A program made the translations under genes and the position numbers. Shown piece by piece: positions 1 through 8,083 of a stretch of DNA of 32,123 nt (position 1 is its first letter; the number at the start of each line of letters is the position of its first letter). This DNA is from Elainellaceae cyanobacterium. Lineage in GTDB: Bacteria; Cyanobacteriota; Cyanobacteriia; CAZCXK01. The stretch covers positions 1-32,123 of the forward strand of contig JBNPEG010000131.1 of the NCBI GenBank assembly GCA_051117555.1. Direction: 5' to 3'. The notes below the pieces were generated by a model that saw only the letters and a program-made list of their open reading frames with translations, was not told where the DNA came from and ran no database searches.

Positions 1-140
1 TGTGAGTTTCTTGGGACTGGTCTCACTCAAAAGGGTTGCCTCATCGTTGTCCTTATAGCTATCAAACCTACCGCTAACTTACCTCGGTTACGCAAATCCT
101 TACTATCTTTTAAGCTGAGTAGTTACGTTCATAGCGCAAA

Positions 141-1010
141 TTACGATTCAGTATACAGGCAGCACACCATCCCTTCCCGTGCAAGTTGAACGTTGGGATA
201 GTTTGACTGGGCTTCAGCTTCTACTTGATCCAGAAAATCATCTTCATGACTGGGGTCATGGTGAAACATGATGATGCGTTTCGCCTTGGCCGCTAATGCA
301 GCTTCGATATTGGCATGCCACATTTCTGGATGCCTTTTCATCTCTGCAACTTTTGGGTCGTAGTAGGCGTGGTCTCCATAGGTTGCATCAAAAATCAGTA
401 AATCTGCCTGATGTGCAAGATAGAGCAAACTTTGATCTGGACATTCGGCAGAATGCTCGGTGTCGGTTGCATATACGACCGAGTATCCATTCCAGGTGAT
501 TCGATAGCCCAGTGCACTATTGGGGCGATTGAGAGAAACCGTCTCAACGATAATGTCGTCAATCGGGATAATGGAACCTGGCGCAATATCGTGAAATTGA
601 AGATGCGATCGCATTACCTGAAGCGGCACTGGGAAATTTGGGCGAAGCATTTGATCGGTCAAGCGCTGTTTAATGGATGCCCCGTTGAGCCCGGTTGCTC
701 CGTAAATATCGAATCTGTTGCCTTCAATAAACGCTGGCACAAAGAAAGGAAAGCCCTGAATCCTATCCCAATGGGTATGGGTAAAAAAGAGATGCGCTTG
801 CACAGGCATCTCTTTGAGTAAGCTCTTTCCCAGGAGGCGCAACCCTGTTCCCCCATCTAAAATGAGCCTTTGTCCAGCAACTAAAATCTCGATGCAGGCC
901 GTATTTCCTCCATATCGAACCATGTCCATTCCAGGAGTGGGAATACTACCCCGAACACCCCAGAATTTCACTATAAATTCGTGAGAGAAACCTGCTTGCG
1001 ACTGGCTCAT
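141..1010 (-). CDS. MBL-fold metallo-hydrolase (RNase Z/phosphodiesterase-like), degenerate metal site
   Basis: FWGVRGSIPTPG, YGGNTAC, THTHWDRIQG, YATDTEH and FHHDP motifs. Start ATG 1010 (MSQSQ) preferred; the ORF is open to 1055. Confidence 0.88.
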   Translation of the reverse strand: MSQSQAGFSHEFIVKFWGVRGSIPTPGMDMVRYGGNTACIEILVAGQRLILDGGTGLRLLGKSLLKEMPVQAHLFFTHTHWDRIQGFPFFVPAFIEGNRFDIYGATGLNGASIKQRLTDQMLRPNFPVPLQVMRSHLQFHDIAPGSIIPIDDIIVETVSLNRPNSALGYRITWNGYSVVYATDTEHSAECPDQSLLYLAHQADLLIFDATYGDHAYYDPKVAEMKRHPEMWHANIEAALAAKAKRIIMFHHDPSHEDDFLDQVEAEAQSNYPNVQLAREGMVCCLYTES

Positions 1011-1354
1011 GCTTTCAGTTAACGGAAGACCAATTGTTATATCAAAACCCGGCATTATCAGTTAAATCGATCACACGGGAATCAATGTGCCGTAATTCAG
1101 CGTTAATCAAACCCATTGTCCTCGTCTAGACCTATACAAGTCTTTTTCCTTTAGAGAAGCTCCAGATTTTGAACTAGACGCGGTCTGAACTAACGTGTTG
1201 GATTTTCAGGTTGGCTTTTGTCTTATTTGATCGCGCTATTCAGTATTTATTCGTATTGCTAGCGAATTTTAAGGTCATACAACAGTTTTAGCAACAATTA
1301 GTAATTTTGCTCTTGTCATATGTGAATGGAAACAGCATCTGCCGAATTGAGAAA

Positions 1355-1441
1355 TATAGCGGTATGCGCTTGGGTTAAGTCCGGTGGTGGCGCGCGCGCC
1401 CCACACCACCGTTGTACTTGACGCAATTGCACATTGCTATA
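1355..1441. mobile_element. 87-bp palindromic MITE-like element, family A (full copy)
   Basis: TATAGC...GCTATA termini. The whole element is an imperfect inverted repeat with a GC-rich central hairpin. A second, inverted copy lies at 3774-3839. Confidence 0.7.
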
Positions 1442-1797
1442 ACTCGTCAGCCATGCGATCTCAAAGGGGAGCTAGCCTTGATTAACCCTGATTATTTCCA
1501 GATAAAATCCGCATGATAATAAGCACCTAGAACCTAATCGCGATGTCACCGATTTAAGCTCATTAACCTCGTGCATCTAAACCACTTCTAGCTTGGTGCC
1601 AAATTGACCCTGGAGGATGAAGGGTCATACCCTATGAGGAGGCATAAATTCTGCTACCGAACTGGTTTGAACTCTGGTTAAAATGCACCTGGTTTCTAGA
1701 TAAATAGGATTTTACTGGAGTAGACCCTAAACCCGTTATTATATTACAAAATTAATACATGTGTAAGTTGGGAATCGTTCGTTAATAGTGAGTCATG

Positions 1798-1834
1798 AAC
1801 TAGCTGCCCTCCTTACTTAAAAGGGCAGCTAGTT
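1798..1834 (-). terminator. Stem-loop downstream of ppa (probable terminator or mRNA stabiliser)
   Basis: 13-bp perfect stem AACTAGCTGCCCT/AGGGCAGCTAGTT about 60 bp after the ppa stop; U-tract weak. Confidence 0.6.
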
Positions 1835-1896
1835 TGACAGGATTTTGGCGTAGGAGTTGCCGGGCTTATCCTGTCAGGGTTGGTTTTAGAACTCGC

Positions 1897-2412
1897 TTAT
1901 GACTTCTTTCCGGCGTTTACACATTCCTCGACTAAGGCTGCCACTTTATCCACGTCTTTCCAGCCTAGAATCTCGGTAATTTTCTTCTCCAAGTTCTTGT
2001 AGGTTCTAAAAAATTCAGCGATTTCGTCTAACCGATGAGGCGCAATGTCTTTGAGAGACTTAACGTAGTCATAGCGCGGATCGCTGTCTGGAACACACAA
2101 AATTTTTTCGTCGCGATCGCCCTTGTCAATCATTTCTAATAATCCTATGGGGCGGGAGGCGATGACACAACCTGGAAAGGTGGGCTGGTCCATCAACACC
2201 ATGCCATCGAGCGGATCACCATCGTCCGCCAGGGTGTTAGGAATAAATCCATAATCATAGGGATATTGCACAGACGAATACAGCACGCGATCGACTGCAA
2301 ATGCCTGCATGTCTTTGTCAAATTCGTATTTGTTCTTACTGCCTGCCGGAATTTCGATTAAGACGTTAACAATTCCAGGTTTGGGCTGCGCAGGAATACG
2401 TGATAAATCCAC
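1897..2412 (-). CDS. ppa: Soluble inorganic pyrophosphatase (family I)
   Basis: (M)[12 protein letters not shown] start typical of cyanobacteria; [18 protein letters not shown] and DGDPLD motifs; GTG start at 2412. Confidence 0.97.
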   Translation of the reverse strand: MDLSRIPAQPKPGIVNVLIEIPAGSKNKYEFDKDMQAFAVDRVLYSSVQYPYDYGFIPNTLADDGDPLDGMVLMDQPTFPGCVIASRPIGLLEMIDKGDRDEKILCVPDSDPRYDYVKSLKDIAPHRLDEIAEFFRTYKNLEKKITEILGWKDVDKVAALVEECVNAGKKS

Positions 2413-2583
2413 AGTTACTCTCCAAGTTGACAGAATCAAGGACTATGCCTCGATAGCATTTTAGGCGAAGACGCCTCTTCTAGAGTAAAGAGCGATCGCC
2501 ACAGCAAGCAGTTCCACACATAGGCGGAACGATTATAAATTTTCGCTAAAGTTATTTGCTGATACGGTGCAACGAACCAACTC

Positions 2584-2650
2584 AAGCTGGAGGATTTATC
2601 TAAACCTCATTCCATATCCAGCTTCGGAGTCCTGACTGATAGAAGACTCC
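2584..2650. terminator. Two adjacent hairpins between the small membrane protein gene and ppa
   Basis: AAGCTGGA...TCCAGCTT followed by GGAGTC...GACTCC. Confidence 0.3.
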
Positions 2651-2705
2651 AGATCCCTAACTAAACTCGGGATAAAACCATCTTGAATGAGGGCAGTAGT
2701 GGATT

Positions 2706-2900
2706 CTAATCTCGCTGCTTTAAGAACTGATAGGTTGGTGGCTGCCAAATCTCAGCGCTAGACGAAAAATATGCAATTAACACGATCGGAATGATCAATG
2801 TTATCAGGGCAACAAAGGTGCCGATAATATTTGAAAGAGTCGTATGACTTCGTTCGTGAGGTTTGTCGGTCTGACTACTACTACTACTACCAGATTCCAT
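2706..2900 (-). CDS. Small single-pass membrane protein, hypothetical
   Basis: 64-aa ORF with ATG start and one hydrophobic helix (IIGTFVALITLIIPIVLIAYF); co-oriented between the HTH gene and ppa. Confidence 0.7.
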   Translation of the reverse strand: MESGSSSSSQTDKPHERSHTTLSNIIGTFVALITLIIPIVLIAYFSSSAEIWQPPTYQFLKQRD

Positions 2901-3301
2901 GCCTAATGAATAATTTGAGGAAATGATCTAACCCAGCGTGATACACGTATGCACCACATATAAACAGACATCACTGTATCAGATGCTTATTTACACCCAT
3001 ACGGCCCTTCACCAAACTAACTTCAACCCACGATGAATCTATTCCGGTTTCAACACTAATGCTTGAATACTTGCTAAATCTTAGCGTTTTGTGCTGGGAT
3101 GAATTGTTCGGTTAATACCATAATTTGGCTAATCCCTATATTAGAAGTTGCCCCTTTGCCTGCCATCAATCAAAGGAGTTATTTAATCAGGCTCAGTCTT
3201 TAGCCAATTGGCGATCGCCTTTGCCTCTAACTGAATTCATTTGAATCATTGAAGCTATCTCCACTCACAACCCATTTGGGATTGCTATAGAATTTGTGCG
3301 T

Positions 3302-3649
3302 TTAAGAGGAAGACTCCAGGCGATGTCGAATCTGTTTCAATTCAGACAAGATTTCCTTGAGAAGTTCGTGGGTTGTTGTCTGAGGAGGGGCTTGAACCTC
3401 GATTGTGACCTGCTTAATGCCCAAAACATCTCGTGCAAATCGAGCCACTTCATTGGGATGGAATAAAAGCGGATCATCTTGATGGATACGGAGTTCCGGA
3501 TTCAAGCGTTTGGGATTATAGGGAGGATTCAGGTCATCAATCTCGGTGTTGGCATATCGATACACCGATGCCCTAGAGCGATTTAGGGCATGTTGAACTG
3601 CATCAACGGTCATCAAGCCTGACTGATTAGGTTGAGACGTCTCATCCAT
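3302..3649 (-). CDS. Conserved cyanobacterial small HTH DNA-binding protein (often auto-annotated 'resolvase')
   Basis: MTVDAVQHALNRSRASVYRY excisionase/MerR-like HTH, LLFHPNEVARFA wing and C-terminal coiled coil ILSELKQIR; no serine-recombinase catalytic domain. Confidence 0.88.
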   Translation of the reverse strand: MDETSQPNQSGLMTVDAVQHALNRSRASVYRYANTEIDDLNPPYNPKRLNPELRIHQDDPLLFHPNEVARFARDVLGIKQVTIEVQAPPQTTTHELLKEILSELKQIRHRLESSS

Positions 3650-3773
3650 AGCTTTGTATCAATTCTAGACTTACCGTATTATTTTAAGTCCAAAATTGGA
3701 CAGTCTATTCTTATTTTGAGATAAGTCTAGCTCTCCGCCAATTTTTATAACCCTACGGGCTCAGACGTGTGTA

Positions 3774-3839
3774 TATAGAAATGTGCAATTGCGTCAAGTG
3801 CAGAAACGGTGTGTGGAGCGCGCCACACCACCGGACTTA
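3774..3839. mobile_element. MITE-like element family A, inverted and truncated copy
   Basis: TATAGAAATGTGCAATTGCGTCAAGT...CACCACCGGACTTA matches the reverse complement of about 1376-1441. Confidence 0.7.
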
Positions 3840-4410
3840 GCTGCTGGATAGGTGCGGATCTACGCCTCTTTGAAAAGCTGATGGTAATAGATGATGCGGC
3901 ATTTGGGCGATGATCACCCCGAAACGGTGGACTGGGACAGTCGAGGAAACCTAGACCCGTCGGCAATGAGAATTGTGTGATTTCAAGCATATTCTGTCTG
4001 GGATGGACAAGATATGGTTTGACTCACACGTTTTGATTAGTTGCGGTAACAACAACTAATCAAATATTAAAAACCCCTTCCAATATTTGATTTCAGAGAT
4101 ACCACTTTAATATCTGGACTAATTTTGGACTAATTTCAACTAAGGGTTTATACGCCTAGTCATGCCACTATTTAATGAGTCGCTCCAAATTTAGCATCGA
4201 TGCTGCAAGCCATGACTGGTCAACCGAATACCCATTACAGGGACGGTTTGCACTTCGCGATCGCCATACCTTGCATAGCATAGGTGAGATCAAGAGATGC
4301 GAATTGATTAATATTAATTTTCCCTGAATAGAGATAACCCATGCCCTCCAGAATTGGTAATAGTTCGAGCTAGTAACTCTCCTTAAATCTACACAAAGGC
4401 TCGCTCATAT

Positions 4411-4641
4411 CAAGACTCACCCGCTTATCATAAGACCCAAAATGAGTCTATGAGTCTTAGTATGAGATAATCGTGTTGCGAGATAGGGCACGAGAATTTT
4501 CAAAGACCATTAAAAGAACATTCAAGATTTTCTCATGCGCCCTATCTCATTTGAGACTCATTAAATTTATTTGAGACCCAATTTAAGACTCATAAATTCA
4601 AATTAAGACTCAACTTAATAATTAAATTCTCAGATTAAGAC
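4411..4641. repeat. Array of (T)RAGACYCA boxes, iteron/operator-like
   Basis: Direct boxes at 4411, 4431, 4552, 4572, 4584 and 4604; partial boxes at 4624 and 4636; inverted boxes at 4443 and 4451; AT-rich spacers. Confidence 0.75.
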
Positions 4642-4666
4642 AAGCCCGTAGTCGAGAGAAAATGTT

Positions 4667-6068
4667 TTAACGATTGAGATTTTGAAGATCTTCTGTGCGA
4701 TCGCTCGTCAGTCGTGCCAAACAACTGCTCAAGTAGGTGCTGTATCCCGTACCCCCTTCCGCATCACTCACTTCAAATGTGCAGTGGGCATCCCGGAAGT
4801 CAATCCAAGCAAGCTGAGCGTCAGTTAGCTTTTCGATCGCCGTCGAATTCAAATCAGCCCGCAGCTCCTGATATACCTGATTGAGCGTGTCATCCGTCTT
4901 CTCATATGCCAGCCCAGCACAGGTATTCATCTCGACCGTAGTTTGAGGATTCTCGCAATCCATCACATACCCGTTAACCGTGACGCTGCCTAAATTTTCC
5001 CAATTCGTCTCAGGAACATGAAGCAAACGATCCATGCCTTGCAGGTTTAATTGCTCTAATTGCTCTGTGCGATCGCGCGTTAGAGTCGCAAGACAGGTGT
5101 TGAGAAATGCTGAACCTCCCTCATCATCCGCAATATAGTGGGCGTCATAGCGACAGCTTGCATCCCGAAACCTAAGCCAAGCCTGCTGAGCATCCACCAA
5201 TTTTTCTGTGGCAGCCAAATCGAGAGCGGCGATCGCGCGCTGATACACCTGATTGAGTTGAGCGTCAGCCTTCTCATAGTCCTGCTGAGCATGTGGGGCA
5301 GTTGATTGCTGGCGTTGCGACTCCTCGTATAGAGTCTCTGACACCTCTCCCAAAGGTTGGCTATCCTGCTCCAACCGATAGCCATCGACCATAACCGCCC
5401 GGATTGCCGCATCAGATCGATAGTCCGTCGTCTCATAGAAAGATCCCTCCACCGAATCACCATAGACTCCAGCGAGTGTATAACGAGGTGAAATATCCCC
5501 CCGTATGGAAGCCATTCGTTCGGAATACGACGTTAGAGGCTGAAAAATCAGCAAATTTCACCGACTCGCGCATCTCATTCTGAGAATTGTAAGACAGCGT
5601 TGGTTGCCCGTAGACCGAAACGGCTTGATTAATTGAGAGCCCAGGCCCTACGCCTTCTGGAGTGCGGAATGCAGGATTCGTCGTCAACAAAAGCTGAATC
5701 GGATCGTCATCCTGCATCGGCTCATGCTCAGATTGAATGATGTAAAACAGGGTGTCCCCATTTTGGCGAACGGCGATCGCATCAAAATCCACCATGAAAG
5801 ACTGCTCTACAACAAATTCAGCGCGATCGCCAAGCTGCTGTTTAAGTTCTCCTAGTGTCATACCGAGCCGAGCAGGACCAATCTGGTTGTGGGTGATCAC
5901 TCGGTCATAGGTGAGTGCAGAAAGAGGCTCTACTGACGAGATAGAATCTGCTTGACGTGACCTTCTATCACGCTCTCCGCCTGCTGATGAATCCGCATGA
6001 GGAAACGCTAAGGTAGAGCAGCCTACCACCATTACTAACAATCCGGAAAAATACCACTTGAGGTTCAT
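4667..6068 (-). pseudogene. Lipoprotein with tandem LprI/DUF1311 (lysozyme-inhibitor-like) domains, frameshifted
   Basis: The 5' ORF (6068-5457) has a lipobox signal VVGC. The 3' ORF (to 4667) has two 'D..LNQVY...L.DAQ.AW..FRDA.C' domains. Removing one G from the G6 tract (cccccc 5497-5502) fuses them into 466 aa. Confidence 0.8.
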
Positions 6069-6673
6069 TGCCTTACACCCGCATCCAATCCATCTTTACG
6101 GTAAATGCCTATATGGAGCATTGGGTGGGCAATTTGTGGCAGTTTATTTGGTGTAATAGCATAAGCCGACTCAGGCAAAATTTTGCCCAAGCCACGACCG
6201 TATATACCCAAGTCCTATCCAGGAGAATATTTCAGTTAGTTCAAGACTTAGAAGACCCAGTCCCATCGGAGCTAGTTTTGATAATTATCCACTTTCCAGT
6301 CTTTGGATCACGATACGTGAGAAACGGGTTAGCCCGAAGTAATTTCTGGCGCGATTGCGGCATGATACACCCTCACAAGTAAAAGCAAATCTTTTCACTG
6401 TTTTACTGATTTCCAGACTCATGCAACACAGTCTTCTTACTGATTTTGGGATGAAAAGTCAGACGGACTGCTTAATATTGCGGATGCATTCAAATTTTTT
6501 CGCAAATCCGATTTGAAGAAAATTGCGCAATCTGTAGTTTTTCGCATTTAGAAATGACTTAACCTCTCGATGAAATTTGTAAAACAATGCTGCGGAATAT
6601 TGAAGTTTTAATTACACTCTCACCTTGCACAAGTTCAATGCGTTACAGAGAATCTAAAAATTAGTAAGCCCTT

Positions 6674-6711
6674 ACTCACACACAATTCATAAGCGATTTA
6701 GGATCGCTATA
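6674..6711. mobile_element. MITE-like element family B, right-end fragment
   Basis: ACTCACACACAATTCATAAGCGATTTAGGATCGCTATA, nearly identical to 7822-7859. Confidence 0.7.
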
Positions 6712-6766
6712 TACTAACAATATCTATAATTTAAGTAGTGCTCGCAAGTGCTCACATGCACTATGT

Positions 6767-6781
6767 TGAGAATAATTCTTG
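6767..6781. promoter_or_regulatory. Candidate Fur/PerR-family box upstream of dpsA
   Basis: TGAGAAT-A-ATTCTTG 7-1-7 dyad about 100 bp before the start codon of an iron-storage gene. Confidence 0.55.
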
Positions 6782-6877
6782 TTAGCAATCTTGAGGAAGA
6801 TTGACTCTTTAGCAAATGCTCGATACATTGAAAATCCAAGTAATAAAAAACCTCACGTCCAACATGGGAAGTTAGTT

Positions 6878-7435
6878 ATGCCAGTCGCAAGCACACCCGT
6901 TCAATCATTTGGGCAAATTAAAGAAAATCCGATCTTGCTGGAACAAGATGTAACAGCCGCCGTTTGTGACGGATTGAATATTGCTCTCGCAAGTTTTCAA
7001 GCCCTATATTTGCAGTATCAAAAGCATCATTTCGTCGTCGAAGGAGCAGAATTTTATTCGCTGCACCAGTTTTTTGCTGAAGGATATGACGAAGTTGAAG
7101 GTCACATTCATGATATCGGCGAACGTTTGAATGGTTTGGGAGGAGTTCCCGTTGCCAGCTTCACGAAACTCGCTGAGTTGTGTTGCTTCACCCCTGAACC
7201 CGATGGCATTTTTGTGTGTCGCCAGATGGTAGAGCATGACCTAGAAGCTGAACAGAACATTATTCAGCTCATTCGTCGTCAGGCAGGTCAGGCAGAAAGT
7301 ATGGGCGATCGCGCGACTCGATATCTGTTTGAAAAGATTCTTCTAGAGACAGAAGATCGAGCCTTTCACCTCAGCCACTTCCTGACGCACGATAGCTTAA
7401 CTCCGGCATTCACTCTAGCCAATGGCAAAAATTAG
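6878..7435 (+). CDS. dpsA: Dps family DNA-binding ferritin-like protein (DpsA type)
   Basis: [37 protein letters not shown] and EDRAFHL motifs; ATG start at 6878. Confidence 0.93.
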   Translation: MPVASTPVQSFGQIKENPILLEQDVTAAVCDGLNIALASFQALYLQYQKHHFVVEGAEFYSLHQFFAEGYDEVEGHIHDIGERLNGLGGVPVASFTKLAELCCFTPEPDGIFVCRQMVEHDLEAEQNIIQLIRRQAGQAESMGDRATRYLFEKILLETEDRAFHLSHFLTHDSLTPAFTLANGKN

Positions 7436-7474
7436 GCTGGGCACTCCGACGGGGTTAGGCTCAAGATTTCAAAT

Positions 7475-7523
7475 TCGCTCCTAGATGTCTCACAGTAGCA
7501 CTGCTGAGAGGCGCTAGGAGCGA
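7475..7523 (+). terminator. Stem-loop downstream of dpsA
   Basis: TCGCTCCTAG...CTAGGAGCGA outer stem with an inner paired region, 40 bp after the stop codon. Confidence 0.55.
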
Positions 7524-7545
7524 TGCACTTTAAAGGATGAGTAAA

Positions 7546-7621
7546 TACAGCAATCCTAAGATCGTGTGTGAGCGGCGCCCGCCCACCACACACAATTCAC
7601 AAGCGATTTAGGATCGCGATA
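7546..7621. mobile_element. MITE-like element family B, degenerate copy
   Basis: TACAGCAATCCTAAG...TTAGGATCGCGATA ends and a shared core GCGGCGC(C/T)CGCCCACCAC. Confidence 0.7.
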
Positions 7622-7772
7622 TAGATATTCAAACCCAATAGATACCCAAACCCGGAGGTGGGGACATCGCCGAGACTTGGGTTTTCTTCACGGGTTATTA
7701 GACAATAAATGGGGAACTATACTAGCTTTAGCTATTAAATAATCATAAAGATTTAGATTGTATACGATTTAA

Positions 7773-7859
7773 TATAGCAATCCCAGATGGGTTGTGAGTG
7801 GTGGGGCGGCGCTCGCCCACCACTCACACACAATTCACAAGCGATTTAGGATCGCTATA
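7773..7859. mobile_element. 87-bp palindromic MITE-like element, family B (full copy)
   Basis: TATAGCAATCC...GGATCGCTATA terminal inverted repeats and internal hairpin TGTGAGTGGTGGG...CCCACCACTCACA. Confidence 0.75.
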
Positions 7860-8083
7860 GTTCATCAACTACTCTTGACTGACAGGAATACATATAAGAG
7901 TACTCACCTAGATTCTTACACCAGTATCATTCACCATTCACGATTAGACCGTGTTCCTCACCGCTAGGGAGTTTGTTTGAGCGATTCAATGAGAATTGAA
8001 AACGCCTTACACAGATTAAATTTCATGCGACTCAATCAGCACGTTATAAGCCATCAATATCGAACCAAATTAGAGGCGGAGTT

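Noticed and set aside
3302..3649. True resolvase or mobile element
   Set aside because: Only an HTH and a coiled coil are present, with no catalytic serine- or tyrosine-recombinase motifs and no transposon context.
3745..3990. 81-aa ORF
   Set aside because: It runs through a MITE-like repeat and shows no protein-like features; probably spurious.
4190..4300. Possible small RNA in the long intergenic region
   Set aside because: Only short palindromes and a HIP1 site; no recognisable ncRNA family or terminator, so it cannot be supported without an Rfam search or expression data.
4411..4641. CRISPR array
   Set aside because: The repeats are only about 9 bp with 3-11 bp spacers and mixed orientation, and there are no cas genes.
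4667..5554. Independent 295-aa gene with TTG start at 5554
   Set aside because: Better explained as the frameshifted 3' part of the gene starting at 6068.
6068..6382. 104-aa ORF on the plus strand
   Set aside because: TTG start overlapping the divergent start codon, no recognisable motif, and it occupies the likely promoter region.
6779..6877. N-terminal extension of Dps (likewise the ORF-track extensions of ppa, STAS and the InrS-like gene)
   Set aside because: Family-typical sequence begins at downstream starts, and the extensions overlap probable regulatory DNA.
6674..7859. CRISPR repeats or tRNA-like genes
   Set aside because: Spacing is irregular, the units are palindromic and about 87 bp long, and there is no cloverleaf or T-loop consensus.
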